The translations under genes and the position numbers were made by a program. DNA of 58,185 bases, counting the filler, from Sphacelaria rigidula (lineage: Eukaryota): the NCBI GenBank assembly GCA_964200075.2. It is 8 parts of 8 records of this genome, joined end to end, with 100 filler letters (N's around TTAATTAATTAA, not from the genome) between each part and the next. Parts side by side here need not be neighbours in the genome. Positions count along the whole stretch, not along the records: positions 1 to 7,186 come from CAXNAA020016071.1; positions 7,287 to 14,472 come from CAXNAA020016072.1; 6 more parts are not named here. One strand, given 5' to 3'. This document shows, in pieces, positions 1 to 12,612 of the stretch. The notes under the pieces are model-generated. The model did not search any database. It worked only from the letters and a program-made list of their open reading frames with translations, and had not been told where the DNA came from. Each line of letters opens with the position of its first letter. The first letter of the stretch is position 1.

Positions 1-68
1 TGAGATAAGGGGCTCCTAACAATTCTAACCTCAGAAATTATTTCTATACCCCTACCGTAGCATCCCTC
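1..68. mobile_element. End of Sola-like MITE (same family as 57109-57366), cut by window/contig start
   Basis: 1-68 is the reverse complement of the left part of the 57109 element (TCCTAACAATTCTAACCTCAGAAA...CCCCTACCGTAGCATCCCTC). Confidence 0.75.
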
Positions 69-1199
69 TTGTGATGAATTTATGTTGAGTATCGTTGTGT
101 ATTGTCTTCCGACACTTTTTACGATAGCCTCCCCCCCAACAACAAACCAGCCCAAAAGTATCACGAAAAATATGGTCATACAGCGCCTGATGTTTGGGTT
201 CAGGCTGTATGAAGCACCTCACATGGATGACAATGGTGAGAAAGAACCCAAGCGTAGGAATTTCCAGCTGCTTGTTGTGCTCGGCGTTTTCCACTTCGAT
301 CTACGTGAAGACTTCGCCTCCTGAAACCAGGCACTGTTTCGGAGATGCTATCGTAGAAAAGTGTCTTCCGAGAGTTGATTTCAGGGCGATGGCTTAGAAA
401 AGGTATACCTTCTGCTTTTTTGCCTAAGAAAGGTACGAAAAATGGCCAGAAATGCGAAAACAGCCAAACACGCCATTTTGACCGTTTTCGCTCCGAATGT
501 TTCACGCACGTCATTCGGGGGGGTCATTGGCACCCCGGCTTCGAAACAAAACGAAGACAAAACACGTTACTCGAGAGATATGGCCACGAGAAAACGGACG
601 TCTCGCCTCCGAAAAACCGCTCACCTTTTGTAGGCCAAATGTCGCCAAGGTATACTTCGTACCTGATCTAGAATTTGTTTTTTAATCGTAACTTACCTGC
701 GCCACCGATCGGCCGAGAACGTACCTTTGCTAGGCCATCGCTCTCTACACTGTACCTGATGCGACACACCGCGCGGACGGAAGTCTACGCGCCAGCTCCA
801 ATCATGGCGCCCGCATGTTCGACTCTTTTCCCGTTCACTTGCCGGTCACGGACGCTACACTGACCACGCCCCTTTCTCGCCGGAAATGGTTCCCGTGTCT
901 CTCCGCATCGGCACAATAACTGGACGCACAACTCACAGCGCGTCGGTCTTTTGTGATCCGGTGGGTTGTGGAACACTGTTGTACTGTGTTGCGATCTTGA
1001 GGTGTCAGGGTCAAGCTAAGCTCTTCCACCACGAACAGGCGATTGTCACATCATCGATGATCGGTTCAAGCAATGGATACAACAGTACTGGTCGTCACGC
1101 ATATAGAGATGGTGACATAGCAGTTACAGCGTTCAGCACTACAGTACAGAGTAACGTTCGCCCAATGAAACACCCGCCGGACGAGGTTAGTTCACCCTT

Positions 1200-1595
1200 A
1201 TTTTACCTCGAGGGCAAGTCACCTACCTGCTGAATCGCCATCAATTTCACTTGGACAAGTATGGTGACCGCGGTCCAAGGATCAACCCTTAGACCGCGGT
1301 GCGGGTAGTCCATCCAGATCACGCATACTTTTTCAAGTGAAACGATGTCGATTCAGCACGTGAGCTACCCTTGCGGTCACCGGGTTAACGCTTAGACCGC
1401 GATGCGGGTAGTCGATCTGGATCACGTGCACGTTTTTCAAGTGGAATTGATGACGATTCAGAAGGTGACATACCCTAGCGGTCAAAAGGTTAACCCTTGG
1501 ACCGCGATGCGGGTAGTCCATCTGGATCACGATACTTTTTTCGAGTGAATAGATGCCGGTTCAGTAAGTGACCTGCGGTCGCGGTCAAATGGTTG
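1200..1595. mobile_element. Cluster of ~100-bp piggyBac-like MITEs: one reversed partial copy, then three head-to-tail copies
   Basis: Unit CCCTTAGACCGCGATGCGGGTAGTCCATCTGGATCACG...TTTTCAAGTGAA...GATTCAG...GCGGTCAAAGG starts near 1286, 1389 and 1494; the head-to-tail junctions read GGTTAAC (TTAA). Confidence 0.7.
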
Positions 1596-1596
1596 A

Positions 1597-1863
1597 TACC
1601 ACGACTTGATTTGAGTGTGTACAGCGAGAATCGGATTTTTTGGTGGGGCTGACAGTCCCGTGCGCTCCGGCGCGAAACGCGATTTCGTTGAAATCGGCGC
1701 CATAGGCACCAATTCGGGGCCTACCAAGGTCGCACTTTGACAAGGTAATGCTATGCACCGCCCTTGCCCGAGGGTTTTCGGTATGCGTTGGGTTGGAGTT
1801 AGGGTTAGGGGTAGCGATACTCGTCAAATGTGGCAACCATGAACATTTGTAGCCCAACGCCGG
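1597..1863 (-). mobile_element. Partial non-autonomous TIR element (family of 31285-31581)
   Basis: Reverse-complement similarity to 31285-31581, including the TTAGGGTTAGGG motif and terminal AACATTTGTAGCCCAACGCCGG. Confidence 0.7.
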
Positions 1864-1867
1864 TTGA

Positions 1868-1960
1868 CCTTTAGACCACAATGCGGGTAGTCCATCTAGA
1901 TCACGCATACTTGTCCAAGTGAAAATGACGGCGATTCAGCAGGTGACTTACCCTCGCGAT
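1868..1960 (+). mobile_element. piggyBac-like MITE copy
   Basis: CCTTTAGACCACAATGCGGGTAGTCCATCTAGATCACGCATAC...GATTCAGCAGGTGAC matches the 1286 unit. Confidence 0.65.
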
Positions 1961-1981
1961 CAAATAAGGGTGAACTATCCT

Positions 1982-2110
1982 CACACGTGGACAGATAGCA
2001 CCCTGTGGAGGGGATCTACAGGGTTTACGTACCCTGCGCAGTGTTTCTGGCGGGAATTTTACTGTACAGCGTTTTCCAGCGTAGCACAGGACGCTCCACA
2101 GGGTTTCCCT
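1982..2110 (+). repeat. Interspersed repeat, CACACGTGGACAGATAGCACCCTGTGG family
   Basis: Same terminal ~27-mer at 22156 (+), about 4525-4557 (-) and 25250-25278 (-). Confidence 0.7.
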
Positions 2111-4029
2111 ACCGTGGTCATAAATAGTGTGCATCACAGGGTTCCGTCGCGCCGTGAAGAGTTCATCGCTGCTGGCAATGCTATGCAGTGTGTTTACGCA
2201 CAAACACTACCCTCCACATGCAGCTGCGCGCGCAAGGTACTGGCGGGAAAAAGAACTGACTAGGTTGGACGGGAGTCGAACCCTCCACTTCACAATAACG
2301 TTGCCAACCGGTTACACACGGAGCTACGCGTGGTAATCAATACGGGTTAGGTTTTTGGTACTTCTGAATTTTGGGGCTCTCGAAGGTCCGTGTCAATAAC
2401 ATTGAAATCCCCCGAATTGTTTTCAGAGGCACAAGTGTAATAAAACTGAAATCTGGAATTTGGACAGCCGCTGCTGTTCGAAATAAATCCTAATTCCACA
2501 CTCGGAATAGATCAAAAAATGATTTATTCGAAATAAATCCTGATTCCAAACTTGGAATATAGGGGGAAAAGGATTCATTTCGAAGAGCTTCCGCTGTACA
2601 GATAATCCCATATACCCCGTATATAGCAGATGGAATTTGTACACCGCGAAGAATATACCTGAAATTGGGTTGAGAAAGAACTTGCTCGCGAGCAGCTTCA
2701 GCTGTTCAAATCCCAACTACTGCACGCAAGCTTTCGTTGCAGCTGTATCGTCATGAGCAATTGACCTCGGTGATAGATGCATATACCTGATGAAAACCCC
2801 GTAGTCCTGCGTCGACGAAACTAAAACATTTTACAGGGAATGATGAAGCATCTCACTCGCGTGGTTAATACTGCGTATACTGGGGATACATATTCACAAC
2901 AATAAACTGTACTGGACTGTACAATACCATTGCATGTGGTACAGTGCGCAATACCGCCGTGCTTATACGTGCGGCGCCATGTACTGCAGATAGCTGGCTA
3001 TAAATACAATGTAGATGCCTGCATGCAGCTTATTTTGATATATGGGGCGGGTGTTATATACCGTCACGAACTCCAGTTTTTCACGCGCGCGTTCCAGCAC
3101 AGCATATTTGCGCGCACATGCATCAGCTTCATACTGCTGCAGCACAGTAAGTAGGGCGTGAAAGGGAAGGGGAAAAGTACAGTACAGACAGCGCAGGACA
3201 ATGCATGTATGTTCTCTACCTACAGTGCGACGTGAAAAGGACTTGAACAACGTGCAGCATATCGTACGCGCGGCCTGTATGCTGCACTATATATGTTATA
3301 TCTCGGTGCGTCCGCAGCATGCATATGGTGAGTGCCATGCATAATATAGGCGGCCGGGTGATATTGTTCCTCGCACCCGCCTATATATATACGCACCCGC
3401 CCGCGTATGTCGTCGCCGCGCGCGATGTCGCGACCGCTATGAAAGAAGGTGCTCACGTTTCCACCAACGAGAAATACACCATATCCACCCGCACGGCGGT
3501 GTGTATATGTGTCTATATATATACATATATCCCTGTGCCCAACCCGTGCTCTTTGCTGTGGGGTTGTGGTGGTATAGCGGCATGGGCGGAATAATAATAA
3601 TACTGTTGTGCGCGGGCGGGTATATGCGTTTATTGATGTTCGATTTGTGTGCGGTGATAAATATACGTAGTGATGGTCTAGTCTACATATACTCTTCATA
3701 CACGATTGATTAAGTGATATTTTCTAAACATGGTTCGTGTTGGTAGAGAACGGAATACGGGGTTTTTGTGAAAAATGTACATAGATTGACGAGGTATACC
3801 CGATCAGCCGGCATCTTCCCACCTTCCCAGAGGCTTCAGACGAAGCACAGGTGTGGACACACACACGTATCGAACGTGTGAGATCTCCATTCAGCGAAGG
3901 CGGCAGAGAGCTATTCATCCTCTAGCCCATGTGTACATGGACTGTAGGGAAAAAGAATGAATACCTTCCAGCAACTTTTTCTGCGTGTCGGATCCCATGC
4001 GCCGTTGACGGTGCAGTATGCGGGATTTG

Positions 4030-4330
4030 CCCAGCAGCTGACGCTGCTCACAATATAAATTTATTTTCCTCCAATCTCTGGATTGAACTGGAGGGAAAAG
4101 TAAACACCTATTTCTTCTTCTGCTCTTCTAGATAAATCCTTTTTTTTTGCCGAAATAAATTGGGCAAGAAGAGGATCTGTTTTGGATCTAGCTTGTCCTG
4201 CTGTCCAAAATACATTCCTTTTCGCTCGATTCAAATCGGGTGAAGAGGAATTTACCTCGAACAGGAGGACAAGGTATTGAAGATATATAAATATACAGAT
4301 TTTGTACCAAAATATTTGGAATTTCGGAAA
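4030..4330. repeat. Interspersed foldback-type repeat family (also about 2420-2720, 22370-22455, 24193-24650)
   Basis: Shared motifs AGCTTGTCCTGCTGTCC, ATTCCTTTT...AAAGGAATTTA and AAATCGGGCAAAAAAGGATCT. Confidence 0.55.
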
Positions 4331-7186
4331 AAAAAACTTGAGGTTTTTTCACCAACACACTACCATATGACTGTGCAGGGCTTTGCCGACGTGCCTACAC
4401 AGGGCTGCAAATCCAACCCTGGGGAAAACCCTATCAAAACGCTGCGATGGGTACAGATTTTGCATTTCCCTGTCAGGGTTTTTTCACAAAGACTGTGAAG
4501 GATCCTGTACGGATCCTGCACAGTGCGCCCCACAGGGTGCTATCTGTCCACGGGTGGAAGATGGCTTCGCTCGGTCGTAAGTGTTTCGCGTCTTCCCTGC
4601 AAAAAACAAAATGCCACTTCAACCTCATTTTTGAGATGGACCCCATTTTCGAGGATCCATCGTTACGAGGGTTTACCCCGGACAGCCCCTGCTGTAAAAT
4701 CTCATACATTAGCATGTGGGAAAAGTACAGCAAAGGATCCTCGGAAATCCTCGTTTTGCCCACTAAGTCACCCTGAAATTAGGAAAAAGGAGGACTTGCG
4801 AGCAGCCTCTGCTGTTCAAATCCGAGATACTATGATGTGGCCAGCGTATGACACTCAAACTGTAGAGATTGTCAAAAACTCGCCTGGCTTCCCAATCTAA
4901 TCAGTTGGGCAGGACGGGAACTTTCGACAGCCTCTCCTGCTCAAATTCCATACACGAACTGCATGTGTATGTTCAAACAGTAGTATTCAGCTCACCGAGC
5001 TAGTGATAGTTGGTACCTGTGGAAGTCGTGATACTCCCGGTGACGGTAGAAACCGTCGAAGGTGGCCGATGATTCCCCTCGGGTTATGTAGTCAAGGATT
5101 GACCGTAAGTCGTGGGGTTGAGGCAAAGTGTATCACCCGGGAAAGCTCGACGAGCGCGAGCGAGTTAGCCCGATGACGAAGTCTGAGAGTCTTGGTCAAG
5201 AGTGATCCCCAGGGATAGCCAGCAGTTCGCTGGGAAGATCCCTGTTACCTTGGGGTCCCAGATCCGGCTGTACGGATATGGAAGTTTCGGGGCTCCTGCG
5301 AACTTACCCCTGTAACAGCCGTTCACTAGGTTACACGTCATGAAAGGAAATCTCTCCGCACATGCCCAAATGGCGATCTCCACATACCTTACAAATACCC
5401 TTGCTTACTACAGTGATGGATTTTAAAGCCTTGTTATCCCGTGTCTACCACTCGTATTTTCTTTACACATAAAAGCAATTTTGCATCTGCAGGGTAAATA
5501 CACCGCATCGCGGCTTATGTACTTCGGTAGGGATACGAGTCAGCACAATCACGCACCCGTTTGGTACTGCGCTGAACCATACCATACCGAGCAGGGACGT
5601 GTGGAGCCGTACTGCAGAATACGCGTTACCAGGTACGCGTACGTTTCGCTATACGAACTGAATGTGTGCAGACACAAAGGGGTATTATACCCTGTATGGG
5701 CTAAAGTGTTCCTATTGTGTGCATATTATGCATCTTCTTTCCTCGCAGCACGATTTTAAGGGGACGAAGGCGAAGTGTGGCACAGAGAGCGCATGGCCAT
5801 CTGTGTTCTCTGCTTACAGTGTGACGCGAAAGAACTTGAACAGCGTGAATCTTTGTACTAGCTGCACGTCCTTGCGTATATGGGCCGATCGTCACGATCC
5901 CCTGCGGGGTGTAAAGCGCAGCCCCCGCCTCGCCAATCCCCACCGTGAAAGAAGATGCTCAAGCTTTCACCAACAACAAACACACCATACTGTACTCGAT
6001 TACTGCAGTGTTTATCTATACATGTGCCTAACTCGTGCTGTATGCTACAGGGTTACAGTGTCAGCAGGGAATAAGTTGTGCGGCGTTTGCACAGTTCAGT
6101 ATCTGGAGTAAACGGCGAGTGATATCTAACGTCGTCTTCTACAAAAAGTTGGCATGGTTTGATTCAACTTGCTTTCATAAGTAAATAAAAAAGCAAGATT
6201 GGTAGACACGGGATGATCGGTACACACGGGACGAGGGGATTTGGGAATCCATCACTATAGGGAGTCACGACTTCCCTCAGGGGTTGAGTATCCTTTAAAT
6301 TGTGTAAAAGTAGTTGAGAAAATCAATCTGTTTAGTTTTCACAGCAGCTGTTGTTGTTGTGAGATTAGGTACATGCATGTTGTTACGGTGACTTCGGTGC
6401 AGACGACAGTCAGTACAGTAGAGCAACGAGAGCTAGCCATGATCGGGTTTGCCTGCCGTACTGCCGACAGCGTTGCTTGAAAGTCACAAGACCTTTGCGG
6501 TCGGCGGTTGATGGCGTGGGTGTCAAATATAACGACGAGTGATTGATCATACGAGCTGGGCCAGCCTAAAAACGGATTTAAGCTCTAAAAGTAATACCTC
6601 ATCGACGCAGACGAGTTGGGCCGTGATCCGCGTCCTATATATTATTTATCCTATATATTATTTATCCTATATATATTATTGCGGTATCTGGGCACAGTTC
6701 AGCATTGCTGTGCAGTGGTCTGTCGAGGGTGTACAGCGTCAAAATGTGGGTCCGATACGGTAGGTATTTCGAGGGTATTTCCAAATCTTGATGGAGGTAT
6801 CTCAAACTCGGCTCCCGGTTTCCTGGTTTATTCGCTGGCTCTGAGTTGTGTCCTGTTTTTTCAAGTGAAAGTGATCGCGATTCATGAGGGGACCTGACCA
6901 GGCGGTGAAAGAGTCTCATCATCTGATGAATCGGCATCACTTTCACTTGAAAAATATAAAAGCCCCCCGCCCCCCAACAGAGACTCCCATGGGGGTGGGT
7001 TTTTGTACCGTTTTACCGTGTGGCGATGAGAAGGTGGTGCCTTGTTGTGCTACCGTTTTGTTTGTCATACCGATAGGAGAGGTACTGTCCACGCTCTCGT
7101 CCTTCGGTGCCGTGGCCGTACTACGGTACCCTTGATCGTCCAATGCTGCAAGGGAGCTATACCGTACCGCTGGTAATCTGATCCCG

Positions 7187-7286
7187 NNNNNNNNNNNNNN
7201 NNNNNNNNNNNNNNNNNNNNNNNNNNNNNNTTAATTAATTAANNNNNNNNNNNNNNNNNNNNNNNNNNNNNNNNNNNNNNNNNNNN
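7187..7286. other. Artificial contig spacer
   Basis: N44-TTAATTAATTAA-N44, giving stops in all six frames. Confidence 0.99.
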
Positions 7287-7877
7287 CCCCCCCCCAGGTC
7301 CCCCCCCGTCTCCTCAGCGCTGCCGGTTCTACTGAGCCCTGCATCGTCCGACAAACCCCCCGTCCCCCCCCCCCCCCCCCCCCCAAGGAATGAATGCCCG
7401 TTTTTTTGTAGCACACCTTATCCCCGCGTGCAGCTAGCCTTTGCTTGTTTGCATCCTCCTCTCCTCATGGAGAGTCTATGCTGCTGCATAGTACAGATGA
7501 ATGATTTTCGAATCGCTCACCGCAACGAATGGGATTTGAATTTCATCTGAGACCCAAGCTCCTCAATGTGAGGGGTCACATTTTCTACAACTTTGACATT
7601 TTTGAAGGAAAAACAAGCCAAATAACGCATTTTTTTGCCTGCGGTGGCGCTCCCGCGAGGCCCTCTCACCAGCCGGGGGGGGGGGCGTTCGCGGCTCGTC
7701 GCCGATATTTTTAAAGTCAATCGGCGCCGATTAACTGGGAAAATATCGATACACTAGCCGCTGGCGCGGCCAGTTTAAACTCTGCTGTCCAGAGTAGCCA
7801 GTTCACAGCCCTACAAAAAATACGGAGTAGTTTATAGGTCGTGTCGCCAAGATTTTTAACGAGAATGATGTTGTTGA

Positions 7878-8028
7878 GGGGTATTGTTAATGGGACAATT
7901 TTTTCAGAAAACTCTTTTGTTCCGGAAAACTACTATATATTTATTTCCGACTTCTCCTAAAAAACAAATGCTGAAGAAAATTCCGACGCTAGATTTTTGG
8001 GGGGGAAATGACCCGTTCATGATACCCC
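7878..8028. mobile_element. PIF/Harbinger-like MITE
   Basis: Imperfect TIRs GGGGTATTGTTAATGGG / CCCGTTCATGATACCCC, flanked by TGA and TAA (TNA-type target). Confidence 0.5.
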
Positions 8029-8131
8029 TAAGAAAAAGATGATATTAACGGCAAAGCTGATGGAAGTGACAACGACAAGAGCAAACACAACAGTCACTAC
8101 TAATGTGAAACTATATGTTCATTCCCCACAG

Positions 8132-8294
8132 GTCGGAATACCAAGCGCTAGTTCGCGAGAGTGGCCTGAGGGGTCTAATGCGCGGTATCGGTCCCCGGCT
8201 GGCGGCGGCCGCTCCTGCATCAAGCCTTATCGTCACCGTCTACGAACTCATCAAGCGTCTAAGCAGGAAGCCATCTCCAGAGGTTGCCAGCTGA
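8132..8294 (+). CDS. Terminal exon of a mitochondrial carrier (SLC25 family)
   Basis: After acceptor CCCCACAG reads xSEYQALVRESGLRGLMRGIGPRLAAAAPASSLIVTVYELIKRLSRKPSPEVAS*. This matches the carrier-repeat pattern E-G-x-x-G-L-x-R-G..PR..P..YE..KR. The frame is absent from the ORF track. Confidence 0.88.
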
Positions 8295-9826
8295 CCTACG
8301 TCAATGGAAAGCTGCTTGCTGCAAAGTTTGCAGCAAGCTTTGTCGAGTACTCGTGTCATTTTGCTGATGCTGCTCGAGTTTGGCGTCCCCCGGATGCTTC
8401 TGGAAGCAAGGCGAAAAATCAAAAAGAACTTTAAAAGAGGAAAATTTTACCCGTGTTTGGCAGGATCTCCTGTTTTTGTACTACTTTGGTCGGGAAAAAC
8501 CACAGCGTGATGAGTAAGTAGGAAATACACGGGGCAATATTTTTTTCTGGCGCTCACAGAGTTGAAGGTCTGGCCAGCTACCACGGTAGTTTTTGAGCTG
8601 TGTGGACGTTTGTGCTCCTGTAGACGCGAGTACGGACGGTACACATGCAGGGGCGTGCAGAAGGGAGAGGGTGGGTGGGTTGTCTTCGTAGCGTTTTTTC
8701 GCTTGTCGTGGACACACGAAAGGATGGCCTATAGGTGAAACGTTTCTATTCTCGTTCGAGGGGAAAGAGATTAAGGAATGGCAGGTAGTGTTTTGTTTTG
8801 GCCAATCAAAAAATTGCGTGCCCCGAATCAGAGAACTGCGAACCGCACTCATCTCTTTCTAGACGTTAGTTGGTCACAAAACCTGTGACTCCTTCCCCTG
8901 CTGTTTTTTTTTCTCCTTCATTTTGGTGTATCTATCATGTGTTGAAATTGTTGGTGAGAATGTGACACACAGCAAGATTTTCGTTTGTTTGGTGTGATAT
9001 ATTGTCATCAGTCATCAGAGTTCACGAGTTTTTTTTTTTTTGCTCTCTTGGTTTCGTCCTTCATTTCTCAACGACCTGCGTTCAGTATGGTACATGACAC
9101 AAGAACATATGGCTGCTTGCGCCAGGAAAAATAAACCGCCTTTTAAAACCCAGGACATTTTTTTGTAGTAGCAAAGTCAGTTTCATCTAGGAATCAAATG
9201 AGGGCGTCTGTAGGAGATGGAAGAGCAGGGCGCGAATGTAGCGGGGTTAATTACACGTGTTAATTTACCTGTTGTATGAACAACCAGATAATCAACGAAG
9301 ACTGAAGTCAGCCGGCCCACTTCAGTGGACACCAGAAGTTTGGTGGCTGCACACCAAAGCTTGCGGCAACCGTACACCACCACTGGAACTCATGGATCCG
9401 GCTCATTTTGTGTTGTGGCATGCCCTGGTTGTGTTGTAAGTTCTAGCTGCCCGATCGGTCTGATTGTACCGCCCTTTGGAAGCTCTCAGAATTCTAAAAA
9501 TCTGGCTTCATGAGACAGTGTGTTGTCTTCACTTCAAGGTATCCCCCTCTTGGTGCGCCGGCAGTTTTGTCGTTCCGGGGAATAGAAGGGAGGGGAGGGG
9601 GGGGTCGTTGCGGGGATATTGAGTGCGGTGTATTTCGGACGGGTGGAAGACTTGAGGTGCACTTCGAGAGAGCGGGGGGAAATAGCCAGCGATTTCGTTA
9701 ACTGAACTATAAATAGAGCGTTTTGTGTGGGTCATTATCTGTTTTGTTACCCGAGAGGAGAACGGACTGTTGAGGGGCATTTCCCCCCGGTCTCCCCGCC
9801 GTATGTATGTGTGTGCACAATTTTAC

Positions 9827-9979
9827 CATACCCTGGACAAAAGAATACACGGTCGAAAAATGTACTGCGTACAGTATGGAATCTATTGTCTATTGCTCTA
9901 TTGTCTATTGCAATAGACAATAGATTCCATACTGTACGCAGTACATTTTTCGACCGTGTATTCTATTCTCCAGGGTATG
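9827..9979. mobile_element. Foldback MITE with 8-bp TSD (hAT/P-like)
   Basis: Near-perfect palindrome CATACCCTGGA...TCCAGGGTATG with AATTTTAC on both sides (9819-9826, 9980-9987). Confidence 0.9.
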
Positions 9980-10635
9980 AATTTTACCGCACTCGTGTGC
10001 CATTAAACTGCGGCTGAGCTGTGATCTAAATGGGCGTTTGGCGTATTTCGTTTTGAAGGAATGTTTCGTCGGACAACTGCCAAAAGAGGTGTGATTTGTG
10101 GTGTCCAGGCGTGACATTAGATGCCCCCTTTCTCCGTCTCTCTTTCAATAAAAGGGGTTGTGACTCGGTGTGAAAAGAGCATAGGGGGCACAGGGAATGT
10201 GCGCTATCGCTAGGCTGGTCGCACTTGCAGCTTGTCTGAAAGACCGGCAGAGGCTCCTCATCTCTATGACTTGTTTCCCGAACCCCGTGTTGACCCCTGA
10301 ATGTTGGTTTCGTTTCACGTACGCTGATGCGAAGTATGTGCCACCGAGGATGACCCTGTGAATACCCATACTGAAGACTTGCCGCGTCTTCCTTTATTGG
10401 GGTCCAGTGGGGGGGGGGGGGGGGGGGGGGGGTATGGGGGGAATTGGAGCGACCACTGCGTGAGCTTGACATAGGTTCCATTTATGTACTGCCATTTTTT
10501 GCACGATTGAGTTTCTGCCGAGGAGGGAAGAAAATCGGGCTCACCTCTTGTGATAACTCGACAAAAAATAATTGCAAGTGGAGTTTTAGGGAGGTTATAT
10601 ATTGCCAATAATTCTCCTTACTGGCTATAATGCCG

Positions 10636-10720
10636 GTCGCCCCGGTGGCTCAGTTTGTAACCTCGATACCTTCTGACGGCTGGGTTGTGGGTTCGAATCT
10701 CGGAGCGATCTGCGATTTTT
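10636..10720 (+). pseudogene. tRNA-derived sequence (SINE head or tRNA pseudogene)
   Basis: A-box-like GTGGCTCAGTTTGT and B-box GGTTCGAATCT, followed by a T-run; the cloverleaf stems do not close properly. Confidence 0.55.
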
Positions 10721-12344
10721 TCTCATGCCCAGCAGTGGACAGCGACAATGTCGTGGGTACGCAAAAATTTGACTTCACCACCGACGAGGGGAAGGGACGG
10801 CTGAACCCCTCTCGCCATAGAAGATGAAGGCAAGCACCGCCGAAGGAAGGTGGAGTAGTAGAAAAAAACAAGGAAGAAAAGACTCTCGTGTTGACCTTCC
10901 TCCTGTGTGACCCCGGCTGGTGCGCCCACACATAGCCCACACATACCGAGAGGTGTAGACCGGCGTCCAGAATAGATGGGACGACAACACACACAACACG
11001 ACACACACTGGCTGCCCTGTCGTGCGTGGTCCCCAGAACTTTCCGACACAGAGAGCAACATGCAATTGCATGAATTGATGTCATCGCTCGACCGGTATAC
11101 TCATGTACTCATGATTGCGTTGCTGATTTCCATTCCATCAACGGACACTGCAAAGGCAACCCTTCCCGTTTTCAAGTTCATCGACCAACACCAACATGAC
11201 TTCCGTGCTATGAGGAAGCTGTCGCACAGTCCACCCTTGATAAACCCCACATCTCACCACTACAAGCTTACAAGACCTAATCCACCACGTCCGAGCGCAG
11301 ATTTCTTCGCAATATTCATCTCCCTTCTGCATCTTCACCTCAGGAGGAGGTCCGGCACACGGTAAAATAATCGGGTGGCGGTAACTGCACCCCCCTCCCT
11401 TCCCTAACTTTCCCCCGCCCTCCCAAGCACATGATCTTTCCCCCATTTACCGTAGGAACATGAAACACGAAACAGAAACACAACCCGGAAGCTTCGGGGC
11501 GTCATTCCCTTCAGTACCCTTCCCCCCAGCGGATTGTGCATGTGATGAAAAGATCACACTAAGGTATGGAGAGTGACACAACCAGACCATTAAAAAAAAA
11601 GCACCCGTCTACGGTCTAAAGCCGATACAGTCCCCGTTCGAGAATATACACGCGACCCTTCCCGCTCCATCCGATGTTGACTCCATGTACCGAACAAAGA
11701 ATAGCTATCTACAAACACGCTACAGTAATCTCATCCACAGAAGCTCGCCTAAGACAGATCGCAACTCCAGGGACGAAGAGCGTTCCCACTACAATCTTAC
11801 CGTCAGGACTTGCTTGTTTATCGGAGGTGGGAAAGGGAGGCGGGCGAGGGGGGGTGTCCTCATGATCTTCCATCCCTGCAGAGCCGGGACGGAGCACACC
11901 GACTTTCCGCCGGACCAGGTTCACAATCATTCACCAAGCGCGAAGCGCCGTGACATGTTCGACGAGTCGAATGAAGGGTGAGTTGCATCCTGCTAAGATT
12001 GTTCCGCCCGAAGCGTACCAAGCATTTTACATATGGATGACAGCCTCGAATGAGTTGCTATTCTCGTATCGCCACTAGCAGAGACAGCCACGGGTTACCC
12101 ACCGCCTCATGGATGTCCTACGATATAAACACCATGTAGTACGATCATCCCCTTTGCGCGGAGTTGAGATTCTTCATTCCCAACAGCATGATCTTACCCC
12201 ACCATCATCATCGTTACCACAAAAAACGCAAGGGAGAAATAAAACCCCGGTAACCAGGTTGCCTAGCTTACGCAGTGAGTAGCATGTATTACGGCGCCGT
12301 TGCTAACCGACGCCAACCCCCGAAAAACGGCGCGTAGGGGGGGG

Positions 12345-12612
12345 GGGGGATACTCATTTATTGCTCGCCTTCATCGTTCGACCATTGACCAAGCATCCCT
12401 TTCGAGACGGAGCACCGTTCCTACTCCTGATAGAGACACCTTCAACATTCCGGCTCTCATTACGTTTCTTCCATACATTGCACGAAAACCTTTTACACAT
12501 TTTATCCCCGTCCTATTTTGCCATCTGCGGCCACCATCTATCTCCTAGTATAACCATCGTTTTCTCGCTACTGTCTAATGCATCAACCGATTTCATGCCA
12601 CCTTCGGTCACG
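12345..12612. repeat. Interspersed repeat family (copies about 51895-52180, 50830-50900, 49225-49280, 36431-36480, 35195-35245)
   Basis: Shared GACCATTGACCAxGCATCCCTTTCGAGACGGAGCACCGTTCCTACT and TGTCTAATGCATCAA. Confidence 0.75.

Noticed and set aside
1795..1812. Telomere (TTAGGG) signal
   Set aside because: Only two units, internal to a dispersed TIR element
2787..2830. Hammerhead ribozyme core (CTGATGA...GAAAC), with a related stretch at 24764
   Set aside because: Stem II does not close next to the core, there is no GUH cleavage triplet or stem I, and the second copy lacks GAAAC; at most a decayed repeat
5018..5335. Possible solo LTR (TGT...ACA)
   Set aside because: No matching target-site duplication and no second copy in the window
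7231..7242. TTAATTAATTAA motif recurring every ~7.29 kb
   Set aside because: Synthetic six-frame-stop linker inside N spacers
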